Shown: positions 1-10,248 of the stretch, piece by piece
Layout of the letters: each line of letters begins with the position of its first letter
How positions within the stretch are numbered: position 1 is the stretch's first letter
NCBI GenBank assembly: GCA_963776345.1
Contig: CAVZMH010000022.1
Coordinates: 160,001 to 224,000, forward strand
Origin: an uncultured delta proteobacterium
GTDB taxonomy: Bacteria; Myxococcota; Myxococcia; Myxococcales; Myxococcaceae
Direction: 5' to 3'
DNA length: 64,000 nt
Notes under the pieces: generated by a model
The model's input: the letters and a program-made list of their open reading frames with translations, nothing else
Told to the model about the DNA's origin: nothing
Databases searched by the model: none
Translations under genes and position numbers: made by a program

Positions 1-85
1 GCATCCGCCAGCGCTGGGAGCAGTCCACGGACGACGGGCGCAACTGGACCGTGCTCTTCGAGGGCATCTACACCCGGAAGAAGGG

Positions 86-511
86 ATGAAGCGCGTCGAA
101 CATCCGCCGGCGTTGCTCACGTCCGACGAGCGCTCCCTGCTCGCGCTCGAGGACGCGGTGATGCACGCCATCCGCAGCCGCGATGCCACGGCGCTCGGCG
201 CGCTGGTGACCGAGGACTTCGTGCTGCTGGGATCGGACGGGACCGAGACCCGGCGCGAGGCGTTCCTCCGCGGGGCCATCGACATCCCGGGCGAGATCCT
301 CGACCTCGCGGCCGAGCATCTCCGGGCGCGGGTGGTGGCGGGCGTCGGCGTGCTCACCGGGCTGCAGCGCGCCCGGGTCCGGCTCTCCACCGGGGTCGAG
401 CTGGAGGACCTGGCGTTCTTCACCGACGTCTGCGTCCGGACCCCGACCGGCTGGCGCATGGCGGTGGCGCACTCGGGCCCGGCGATCTCACCCGGGGCGC
501 CGCCCGGCTAG
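86..511 (+). CDS. NTF2/SnoaL-like (DUF4440-type) protein
   Basis: 141-aa ORF with AAGGG upstream; '[19 protein letters not shown]...[18 protein letters not shown]' pattern typical of DUF4440. Confidence 0.75.
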   Translation: MKRVEHPPALLTSDERSLLALEDAVMHAIRSRDATALGALVTEDFVLLGSDGTETRREAFLRGAIDIPGEILDLAAEHLRARVVAGVGVLTGLQRARVRLSTGVELEDLAFFTDVCVRTPTGWRMAVAHSGPAISPGAPPG

Positions 512-2241
512 GGCTGCCCCAGCGCGACGCCCTCGCCACGGGGGTCCGAGGCGGCGGTGCGCAGCCCGGTCTCGGGATCCTCCATCACCGCCTCGACGTC
601 GGCGAGCGGCGAGTCCACCACCTTGAAGGTGTGCCCCATGGCCTCAAGCCCGGTGCGGGTGGCCGGGTCGAGCGAGTCCGGGTTCACGGAGACCGCGTCC
701 GGGAGCCACTGGTGGTGGACGCGGCCCGCGGCGACCGCGGCGGGGAGGCTCATCCGAGCGTCGAGGACGTTCATCACCACCTGGATGACGCCGGTGGTAA
801 TCAGCGAGCCACCGGAGCCGCCGAGCGCGAGCAGCACCCGGTCCGGGTGCTCCTTCTGGAAGACGAGGGTGGGCGCCATCGAGGACACCGGGACCTTCCC
901 CGGCGCGATGGCGTTCGCCTCGCCGAAGACCAGGCCGTAACTGTTCGGGACGCCCGGCTGGATGGAGAAGTCGTCCATCTCGTCGTTGAGGAGCACCCCG
1001 GTGCCGCGGGCGACGAGGCAGCTCCCGAACCAGGTGTTGACCGTGGTGGTGAGGGCCACCGCGTTGCCGGCCCGGTCGAGCACCGAGATCTGCGTGGTGT
1101 GCTTGGCCTCCGACGGAGGGCGGGCCGCCGCGCCGGCTCCGGCCGCCGCGCCCGGCGGACGCTGCAGCGCAGAGGAGGGCGTGGCGCGGCCGGGATCGAT
1201 GCTCGCGGCGAGCTCCGCCAGGTGCCCGGGCGAGAGGAGTCGGTCGGTCGGGACCTCCACCTGGGCCGGGTCGGCGACGAACTGCGCGCGGTCGAAGTAG
1301 GCCCGCCGGAGCGCCTCGACGTAGAGGTGGACGTCGGCCGTGGCCCGCCGCTCGAAGCGCTCGGGGCGGAGCCGTTCGAGCACCCCGAGCGTCTCGAGGA
1401 CGATGACTCCGCCGCCTCCGGGCGGAGGAAACCCGGCGATGCGGTGTCCGCGGTACGTGCCCCAGAGGGGCGTTCGCCAGCGGGGCCGGAGGCGCGCCAG
1501 GTCCTCCTCGGAGAGGATGCCGCCCGCGCCGCGCACCGTCTGGACGATGGCCTGGGCGACCGGCCCGGTGCGGACGACCGAGGTCCCGCGCGCGGCGATG
1601 CGCTCCAGGGTACGCGCCAGCTCCGGCTGGCGGATGCGCGCGCCGAGCGCCGGCGCGTCGGGACGCCCGTCGGGGCCGGGCCGGAGAAAGATGCGGGCCG
1701 CGTCGGGGTCGCGGCGGAGGCACTCCGCGCGTGCGGCGGCGGTCTGCCGGTACTTGGGGTTGACCACGAAGCCATCGCGGGCCAGGCGGATGGCAGGACC
1801 GAGCACGACCGACCGCGGAAGCGAGCCGGCCTTCTCGAGGAGCGCGAGGTAGCCGTTGACCGCGTTGGGCACGGCGACGGAGAGGGCTCCGTCGATGGAC
1901 AGCTCGGGGACGGGCTTCCCGTCGCGCAGGAACATGTCGCGGGTCGCCGCCGCCGGGGCGACCTCGCGGAAGTCGAGCGCCAGGGTGTCCTTGCCGGCGA
2001 GCGCGACCAGGGCGAAGCCGCCTCCGCCCAGCCCGTTGTGGTACGGGCCGACCACCCCTGCGGCGAAGGCCGCCGCCACCGCGGCGTCCACGGCGTTGCC
2101 GCCACGGTCGAGCATCTGCAGCGCGGCCTCGGCGGCCTGGGGGTAGGCGCTGGCCACCACGCCCCCGCGGTAGGGCCGGGCCGCCTGCGCGGGGGCGACG
2201 ACCAGGACGAGCAGGAGAAGGACGAGGGCTCGGGTCTTCAT
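508..2241 (-). CDS. ggt: gamma-glutamyltransferase, exported
   Basis: Signal peptide MKTRALVLLL...AQA; GGNAVDAAVA, GLGGGGF, DFREVAP, HTTQIS (nucleophile Thr), LNDEMDDF, SSMAPT motifs. Alternative start 2259. Confidence 0.92.
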   Translation of the reverse strand: MKTRALVLLLLVLVVAPAQAARPYRGGVVASAYPQAAEAALQMLDRGGNAVDAAVAAAFAAGVVGPYHNGLGGGGFALVALAGKDTLALDFREVAPAAATRDMFLRDGKPVPELSIDGALSVAVPNAVNGYLALLEKAGSLPRSVVLGPAIRLARDGFVVNPKYRQTAAARAECLRRDPDAARIFLRPGPDGRPDAPALGARIRQPELARTLERIAARGTSVVRTGPVAQAIVQTVRGAGGILSEEDLARLRPRWRTPLWGTYRGHRIAGFPPPGGGGVIVLETLGVLERLRPERFERRATADVHLYVEALRRAYFDRAQFVADPAQVEVPTDRLLSPGHLAELAASIDPGRATPSSALQRPPGAAAGAGAAARPPSEAKHTTQISVLDRAGNAVALTTTVNTWFGSCLVARGTGVLLNDEMDDFSIQPGVPNSYGLVFGEANAIAPGKVPVSSMAPTLVFQKEHPDRVLLALGGSGGSLITTGVIQVVMNVLDARMSLPAAVAAGRVHHQWLPDAVSVNPDSLDPATRTGLEAMGHTFKVVDSPLADVEAVMEDPETGLRTAASDPRGEGVALGQP

Positions 2242-2323
2242 CGGCGTGGCTGACTTCATTGCCGCGCGACGGGGCCGGCGCAAGACGAACGACGGCGCAC
2301 CGGCCCCCGCTCCCGGCCCCGTG

Positions 2324-2340
2324 GAGGTGTCAGACACCTC
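2324..2340. repeat. REP-like palindrome GAGGTGTC-A-GACACCTC
   Basis: Perfect 8-bp arms in the ggt-modA spacer; same core recurs at 5872, 15514, 15547 and 32400. Confidence 0.75.
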
Positions 2341-2435
2341 GGCAGGCACTCGGGCATCGAGTCCCCCGGGCGTGCACGCCGGGGGAGACCGCTCGGGCTC
2401 CGGTCCGGCGGCGCGTCCAGATCGGCCCGGTCGGG

Positions 2436-3245
2436 TCACCGCGATCGGGGCCCCGGCGGCCCGAATCCGGCGCGGGTCAGCACGACCTGCCCCTCCGGGC
2501 CGGTCACCAGCGCGACCCACTGGCGGGCGAGCTCCCGGTGCGGCCCGCGCGTCACCACCGCGATGGGGTACTCGGCGAGCACGTTCACCTCGGGGGGAAT
2601 CTCGACGACGCGTACCCGGGCGCCCGCGCTCCGGGCGTCGCTGCGGTAGACGATGCCCGCGTCCGCCTCTCCGAGCGTCACCTTGGTCAGCACCTGGCGA
2701 ACGTTCAGCTCGCGGCTCACCACTCGCGCCTGGACCCGCGCCGGGAAGTCGGCTCCGGCCTGACCGCGCGCCCGGTCGAGGATCCGCAGCGTGTACGCGC
2801 CGATCGGCACCTCGGGCGCGCCGATGACCAGGCGCTTCGCGCTCGCGAGATCGGCCAGCGAACGCACCTTTCCCGGGTCGTCGGAGGGGACGACGATGAC
2901 CGGCGCGTTGGTGGCGAAGATCGTCGGCGGATCGACGAGGCCGGCGGCGTGCGCGGCGTCCATGTGCCGGGTGTCGGCGGAGGCGAAGACGTCCGCCGGA
3001 GCGCCGTGCTCGAGCTGGGTCCGCAGCTCCTGGCTCCCGGCGAAGCTGAAGCGCACCTTCACCCCCGGATGCGCGCGCTCGAAGGTCTCCCCGAGCGCGC
3101 CGAAGACCTCCCCCAGCGAGGCCGCGGCGAACACGGTCAGCGTCGCCCCATCCGGCCGTCCTCCATCGGCTGCCGCCCGGGCGATGGTGCCGAGGAGCAG
3201 CGGGACGACCGCGACGAGCGAGAGAGCGCGCCTGCATGCGAGCAT
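2436..3245 (-). CDS. modA: molybdate ABC transporter substrate-binding protein
   Basis: TVFAAASL, FAGSQEL, GAPADVFASAD, VPIGAYT, NVRQVL, GEADAGIVYRSD; signal peptide. Alternative start 3260. Confidence 0.92.
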   Translation of the reverse strand: MLACRRALSLVAVVPLLLGTIARAAADGGRPDGATLTVFAAASLGEVFGALGETFERAHPGVKVRFSFAGSQELRTQLEHGAPADVFASADTRHMDAAHAAGLVDPPTIFATNAPVIVVPSDDPGKVRSLADLASAKRLVIGAPEVPIGAYTLRILDRARGQAGADFPARVQARVVSRELNVRQVLTKVTLGEADAGIVYRSDARSAGARVRVVEIPPEVNVLAEYPIAVVTRGPHRELARQWVALVTGPEGQVVLTRAGFGPPGPRSR

Positions 3246-3276
3246 GGAGGCCGACCTCACGACGCGGCCCGGAGCG

Positions 3277-3296
3277 GTGTCAAGTCAGCTTGACAC
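3277..3296. promoter_or_regulatory. palindromic operator GTGTCAAG-TCAG-CTTGACAC upstream of modA, containing a minus-strand TTGACA
   Basis: Perfect 8-bp arms; near-identical copy at 5851-5866. Confidence 0.6.
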
Positions 3297-3989
3297 GGCG
3301 GCGACCAGGCTCCGGGCGAAGTCGCTCGGAGGCGACCGGCGCAGCTCCGCCACCCCACCGAGCGACCGCACCCGGCCGGACTCGAGCAGGACCACCGGCG
3401 CCCCGAGCGCCACCACGTCGCGCATGTCGTGGGTGACGACGAGGGAGGGGATGGCCACCCGGCGCAGCGTCTCGGCGAGGAGCGCCCGCGTCGTCTCCCG
3501 CGTGTCGGCATCCAGCGCCGCCAGCGGCTCGTCGAGCAGCAGCGCCCGGGGCTCGGCGGCCAGCGCCCGGGCGAGGGCCACCTTCTGGCGCTCGCCCCCG
3601 GACAGCGCCGCGGGCCGCCGGCCGGCGAGCGGCCCGAGGCCGAGCTGGTCCAGCACCGCCCCGGCCCTGGCGCGCCCGGCCGGGCCTGGGCTGCCGAAGG
3701 TGACGTTCTCCAGCACCGTGAGGTGGGGGAAGAGCGCGTACTCCTGCGGCACCCAGCCCACGTGCCGCTCCTCGGCCGGGAGCGAGATGCCGCGCGCGGT
3801 GTCCAGCAGGGTGCGCCCGTCCAGGAGGATGCGCCCGCGCCGGACCGGCACGGCCCCGAGGATGGCCCGGAGCAGCGTGCTCTTGCCCGCGCCGTTCGGT
3901 CCGACCAGCACCGTGGGCCCGCCCGGGAGCGAGAGCGTCACCTCGAGGACGAAGGCGTCGCGAACGACCTCCAGCTCAAGATCGAGCAC
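3285..3989 (-). CDS. modC: molybdate ABC transporter ATP-binding protein (no TOBE domain)
   Basis: Walker A GPNGAGKS, LSGGERQ, LLLDEP, VTHD; operon context. Confidence 0.85.
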   Translation of the reverse strand: MLDLELEVVRDAFVLEVTLSLPGGPTVLVGPNGAGKSTLLRAILGAVPVRRGRILLDGRTLLDTARGISLPAEERHVGWVPQEYALFPHLTVLENVTFGSPGPAGRARAGAVLDQLGLGPLAGRRPAALSGGERQKVALARALAAEPRALLLDEPLAALDADTRETTRALLAETLRRVAIPSLVVTHDMRDVVALGAPVVLLESGRVRSLGGVAELRRSPPSDFARSLVAAVSS

Positions 3990-4785
3990 GGACCGCCTCC
4001 AGCACCGTGCCTCGCCCGAGCAGGAGCAGCACCCCCAGCGCCACCGCCACCATCAGGACGCTGAGCGCCTTGGCCGGGCGAAGGTCGGTCTCCAGCGCGC
4101 TGTAGATGGCCAGCGGCAGGGTCTGCGTCCGCCCGGTGAGGTTTCCGGCGAACATCAGCGTCGCCCCGAACTCGCCCAGCGCCCGCGCCCAGCTCAGGGC
4201 GGCGCCGGTCACCACCCCGGGGCGGCTCAGCGGGAGCGCCACCCGGAAGAAGCGGCGCGCGGGCCCCGCCCCGAGGCTCCGCGCCGCCCAGAGCACGTCC
4301 TCGTCGAGCCTCCGGAACGCGGCCGCGGCGGACTGCACGTAGAACGGCGCCGAGACGAACAGCTCGGCGAGGACCACCGCCGCGGTGGTGAAGGGAAGCG
4401 TCCAGCCGGCGCGCTCCAGCAGCGGCCCGAGCAGGCCCCGGCGACCGAAGGCGAGCAGCAGGGCCAGGCCGGACACCGCCGGCGGCACCACGATGGGGAG
4501 CTGCACGAGCGTGGCGACCACGCGCTCGGTGGGCCCCGGGTGCCGGGCCATCCACCAGGCCAGCGGGGTGCCGAGCGCCAGCGTGAGGGTGAGGCTGAGC
4601 GAGGTGGTGAGGAGGCTGAGGCGCAGGGCGGAGAGCGCGAGGGGATGGCGGAGCCCGTCGAGGAGGTCGCCCGCACCGGTCGAGAGCACCAGCGCCAGCA
4701 GCGGGACGGCGAGCACGCCGACCATCAGCAGCGCCGCCGCCGCCGGGAGCACGCCGAGGACTCTCGTCCCGGGCCGGCCGCTCAT
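3976..4785 (-). CDS. modB: molybdate ABC transporter permease
   Basis: LPIVVPPAVSGLALL, ARSLGAG, WARALGEFGATLMFAGN, TQTLPLAIY. Confidence 0.9.
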   Translation of the reverse strand: MSGRPGTRVLGVLPAAAALLMVGVLAVPLLALVLSTGAGDLLDGLRHPLALSALRLSLLTTSLSLTLTLALGTPLAWWMARHPGPTERVVATLVQLPIVVPPAVSGLALLLAFGRRGLLGPLLERAGWTLPFTTAAVVLAELFVSAPFYVQSAAAAFRRLDEDVLWAARSLGAGPARRFFRVALPLSRPGVVTGAALSWARALGEFGATLMFAGNLTGRTQTLPLAIYSALETDLRPAKALSVLMVAVALGVLLLLGRGTVLEAVRARS

Positions 4786-5819
4786 GTCATGCCCACCGGT
4801 TGTCCGGAGCGCGCCGTGCCGTAGCCCGGGAGGGCGCCCACGTCGCGGCGGAACGCCGGCGTCCGGGCCGTGGCGAGGAGCCCCTGGACCTCGGGCCGGT
4901 CCACCTCGTCGGGCGTGACCACCAGGTTGAAGCTCTCCTCGGAGAGCGGGCGGAAGGCGAGGCCGTGGGCGGTGGCCGCGGCCTGGGTGGTGAGCCCGAC
5001 GTCGGCGGCCCCGAGCGCGACGGCCTGCGCCACGGCGTCGTGTCCGTGCACCTCGTCCGCATACCCGCGGACGGCGGGGGGAGCGAGCCCCACGTCCGCG
5101 AGGAGCCGGTCCAGGAGCGCCCGGGCCGAGGCGCCTCGCTCGCGGTTGACCAGCCGGACGTCGGCGCGGCCGAGATCGACCACGCCGCGGATGCCCCGGG
5201 GATTCCCTCCAAGGGTCGCGAGCCCGAGGGGCCAGGTGGCGAGATGGACCAGCACCGCGCCACGGACCCGGCGACGGTCCCGGTCGGTGAGCGAGTGCAC
5301 GCCGGCGACGTGCACCTGCCGGTGGACCAGGAGGTCCACTGCCTTCCCGGTGCCGGCGCCGAGCCAGCGGGCGTTGCCCGCCCGCACGGCGAGCATCCGC
5401 AGCGCTGGGTCGCACCCGGCGACGAGGACCATCCGGCGCCATCGCTCCGGCTCGAGCAGCGTCAGCGCCCCGTCCTCGGTCTCGACCAGCGCGTCCGCGG
5501 GCTCTCCCGAGCTCGGATCGAGCGCGTGGCCGTGCACCCGCCTCCCGACCTCGGCGAGGAGGAGCCGCGTCCCCGGTGCGGCGCCGGCGCGCACGGGAAG
5601 ATGTGGTGGACCGAGGCGTCCTGCGCCGAAGAGCTCCTCCACCGTCGTCCCGAGGAGGCGGGCGAGGGCGAGCGCCGTCTCCATCGAGGGCTGCGCGTGT
5701 CCGCGCTCGAGCGCGTTCAGCGCCTGCCTGCTCACACCCGCACGCCGCGCGAGCTGGTCCTGCGACCAGCCCTGGAGCAGGCGGCGCTCACGCAGCGTGC
5801 TCGGGACGCGAACGGGCAT
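4782..5819 (-). CDS. XRE-family HTH fused to a molybdate-binding PBP-like domain (transcriptional regulator)
   Basis: N-terminal SQDQLARRAGVSRQALNALERG HTH; C-terminal VAGCDPAL, LVNRERGASARALLD, HDAVAQAVALGAADVGL (PBP_like); ATGA overlap with modB. Confidence 0.85.
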   Translation of the reverse strand: MPVRVPSTLRERRLLQGWSQDQLARRAGVSRQALNALERGHAQPSMETALALARLLGTTVEELFGAGRLGPPHLPVRAGAAPGTRLLLAEVGRRVHGHALDPSSGEPADALVETEDGALTLLEPERWRRMVLVAGCDPALRMLAVRAGNARWLGAGTGKAVDLLVHRQVHVAGVHSLTDRDRRRVRGAVLVHLATWPLGLATLGGNPRGIRGVVDLGRADVRLVNRERGASARALLDRLLADVGLAPPAVRGYADEVHGHDAVAQAVALGAADVGLTTQAAATAHGLAFRPLSEESFNLVVTPDEVDRPEVQGLLATARTPAFRRDVGALPGYGTARSGQPVGMT

Positions 5820-5850
5820 CGACCGAGCGTCGGTGCGGCGTGGCGGCCGT

Positions 5851-5866
5851 GTCAAGTCGACTTGAC
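5851..5866. promoter_or_regulatory. palindromic operator GTCAAG-TCGA-CTTGAC upstream of the XRE-PBP regulator
   Basis: Perfect 16-bp palindrome; minus-strand TTGACA ends 30 nt before the ATG at 5819. Confidence 0.6.
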
Positions 5867-5871
5867 GTAGG

Positions 5872-5950
5872 GGTGTCAGACACCTCGTGACCGGACACCT
5901 CGTGACCGACACCTCGTGACCGGACACCTCGTGACCGGACCTCGTCACCG
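5872..5950. repeat. GGTGTCAGACACC palindrome followed by a ~5x 15-bp tandem repeat GACACCTCGTGACCG
   Basis: Units start at 5879, 5894, 5908, 5923 and (degenerate) 5938. Confidence 0.85.
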
Positions 5951-6017
5951 CTACCGGCGCGCGCTGCCCGTCGCGGCCCTCTCCCCTTGGCCGACCGGAT
6001 CCTGCATCCTCCTCTCG

Positions 6018-6350
6018 ATGCTGACCGAGCGCGACCTCATCCTCCGTCTGGTGCGGCAGCTGGCCGAGGTGCTCGCCGCGGCGCTCCGGCTCCGCCGCGA
6101 AGGGCGACGGGACGAGGCGCTCCGGCAGATCGACGCCATCACCGGCAGGCTCACCGGGATGGATGCGGGAGCGCTCTGCCTGTTCGGCGAGGCGCCGCTG
6201 GCCGGGCTTCCGCGCGAGCTCAAGGTGCCGCTGGCATGCGTGCTGCGGACCCGTGCGCGGCTTCTCCGCGACGCCCGCCGGGAGTCCGACGCCCGCCACG
6301 CGCTCCGGGCCGCCCGCCTCCTGGTCCGCGGCGCGCGCGCCCCGCGCTGA
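6018..6350 (+). CDS. hypothetical helical protein
   Basis: [23 protein letters not shown]...; high-GC3 codon pattern. Confidence 0.6.
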   Translation: MLTERDLILRLVRQLAEVLAAALRLRREGRRDEALRQIDAITGRLTGMDAGALCLFGEAPLAGLPRELKVPLACVLRTRARLLRDARRESDARHALRAARLLVRGARAPR

Positions 6351-6444
6351 ACGAGGAGCCCGGACTGAACGTTGGCTCGCCCCTTCGGGGGGCCGCGCGG
6401 GGTTTGACCTCCGCGGCAGCCGCCTTGCAATGTGCCGGGCCACG

Positions 6445-7842
6445 ATGAACGAACCTCTGGCGGCGGTGGTGCTCTGCGCGGGGAAGGGGACCCGCATGAA
6501 GTCCGGGACGGTGAAGGTGCTGCACCCCGTGCTCGGGCAGCCACTGGCGGCGTGGCCGGTGGGCCGCGCCCTCGCGCTCGGGTGCAACCCGGTGGTGGCG
6601 GTGGTGGGACACCAGGGAGATCGGGTCAGCGCGGCGCTCGAGGCGCGCTTCCCGGGCCAGTCGCTCCGCTTCGTCACCCAGGCCGACCAGCGCGGAACGG
6701 CGGACGCGGTGCGGGTGGCACTCGCCGCGCTCGGGGGGGGCCAGGGACCGGTCCTCGTGCTCTACGGGGACACGCCGCTCCTCCAGGAATCGACGCTCCG
6801 GGCGCTGGTCGAGACCTTCCGCCGGGGGAGCGTGTCGCTGGCGCTGGTGACCACGACGGCGCCCGACCCCACCGGGTACGGCCGCGTGCTCCGGGCCTCC
6901 GGGCGCATCACCGGCATCGTCGAGGAGAACGACTGCACCGCCGACCAGCGGTCCATCCGCGAGGTGAACGCCGGGGTGTACGCCATCGACGCGGTGTTCC
7001 TCCGCGAAGGGCTGGCCCAGCTCCGCCCGGCCAACGCGAAGGGCGAGTACTACCTGACCGACCTCGTCGCGCTCGCGGCGCAGCGGGGCGACGTCGGGTC
7101 GGTGAGCGCGGACTTCGAGGACACGGCCGGGGTGAACGACCGCGCCGAGCTCGCCGCCTGCACCCGGGTGCTGCGGGAGCGGGTCAACCTCGCCCACATG
7201 CGCGCCGGCGTCACCATGCACGACCCGGCGTCGGTCACCATCGAGGCCGAGGTGACGCTCGGGCCGGACACCGTCCTCGAGCCCAACGTCTCGCTCCGGG
7301 GGAAGACGCGGATCGGCCAGGGCGTGACGCTCGGCCAGGGCTCGGTGCTCACCTCGAGCGAGGTGGGCGACGGCACGCAGGTGCTGCCCTACTCGGTGAT
7401 GACCGACTCGAAGGTGGGCCCGCGCTGCCTGATCGGCCCCTTCGCCCGGATGCGCCCGGGGAGCGAGCTGGCCGAGGCCGTGGAGCTCGGGAACTTCGCC
7501 GAGACCAAGAAGGTCCGGATCGGCCCGGGCACCAAGGCCCACCACCACTGCTACCTCGGCGACAGCGTCATCGGGGCCCGGGTGAACGTCGGGGCCGGCA
7601 CCATCACCTGCAACTACGACGGATTCGCCAAGCACCTGACCGAGATCGGCGACGGGGTCTTCATCGGTTCCGACAGCCAGCTCGTCGCCCCGGTGAAGGT
7701 GGGCGAGGGGAGCTACATCGGGGCCGGCACCACCCTGACCGAGGATGTCCCTCCTGACACCCTGGTCTTCAATCGTGCTCCCCGGATCGTGAAGCAGGGC
7801 TGGCCCAGCCGCCGGCGCGCCAAGGCGCCCGGACGGCGCTAG
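6445..7842 (+). CDS. glmU: bifunctional UDP-GlcNAc pyrophosphorylase/glucosamine-1-P N-acetyltransferase
   Basis: [31 protein letters not shown], hexapeptide repeats, [11 protein letters not shown]. Confidence 0.95.
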   Translation: MNEPLAAVVLCAGKGTRMKSGTVKVLHPVLGQPLAAWPVGRALALGCNPVVAVVGHQGDRVSAALEARFPGQSLRFVTQADQRGTADAVRVALAALGGGQGPVLVLYGDTPLLQESTLRALVETFRRGSVSLALVTTTAPDPTGYGRVLRASGRITGIVEENDCTADQRSIREVNAGVYAIDAVFLREGLAQLRPANAKGEYYLTDLVALAAQRGDVGSVSADFEDTAGVNDRAELAACTRVLRERVNLAHMRAGVTMHDPASVTIEAEVTLGPDTVLEPNVSLRGKTRIGQGVTLGQGSVLTSSEVGDGTQVLPYSVMTDSKVGPRCLIGPFARMRPGSELAEAVELGNFAETKKVRIGPGTKAHHHCYLGDSVIGARVNVGAGTITCNYDGFAKHLTEIGDGVFIGSDSQLVAPVKVGEGSYIGAGTTLTEDVPPDTLVFNRAPRIVKQGWPSRRRAKAPGRR

Positions 7843-7852
7843 TGTTGACGAC

Positions 7853-9690
<1,838 letters not shown>

Positions 9691-9699
9691 TGGGCCCGC

Positions 9700-9732
9700 G
9701 AACCGAGTCCGCCACGTACGGCGGACTGGTTC
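9700..9732 (+). terminator. stem-loop after glmS
   Basis: GAACC-G-AGTCCGCC / GGCGGACT-GGTTC with a 6-nt loop; no U-tract. Confidence 0.4.
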
Positions 9733-9835
9733 AGGCCGGCAGCCCCGCGCCCGGGTCTCCGAGGACGACTCCCCGAGGGCCCATTGCACCCGGCCCGCGG
9801 ACGCAGCTTCACTGGTGCCACGAAGGGAGGCGACC

Positions 9836-10224
9836 ATGGGCAAGCAAGACCTCGAGGGACTGACCACGAGATTCCTGGACGCCTGGAACTCCCAGGACGT
9901 CGAGCGCGTGGTGGCCTGCTACACGGAGGACGTGCGCTATCGGGATCCGAACACCCGGGGTTACGTCGAGGGACGCGATGCCATGCGCCGCTACCTCCGG
10001 AAGCTCTTCGCTTCCTGGCAGATGACCTGGGCGCGCCGCGAGGTGTTCGAGCTTGCGAGCCCCCCGGGGTGGCGTTTCTCTGGCATGCAACCTTCCGTCG
10101 CCCCGGCGGAACCGAGATGATCGAGGCGGACGGGATGGACCTCGTCGTTCTTCGCGGTGACCAGCTCGTCCGGAACGAGGTCTACTTCGACCGGGCGGTG
10201 CTGGCCCCGTTGCTGGCTGGGTGA
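9836..10224 (+). CDS. SnoaL-like/NTF2 protein, frameshifted at the C6G4 run ~10060-10069
   Basis: GGAGG RBS; FLDAWNSQDVERVVACYTEDVRYRDP in one frame, GMDLVVLRGDQLVRNEVYFD in another. Confidence 0.75.
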
Positions 10225-10248
10225 ACACGAAGGGGCGATGGCCCGCCC

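Noticed and set aside
2260..3237. N-terminal extension of ggt in the 909-aa ORF
   Set aside because: Overlaps modA out of frame; the signal peptide starts at 2241 or 2259.
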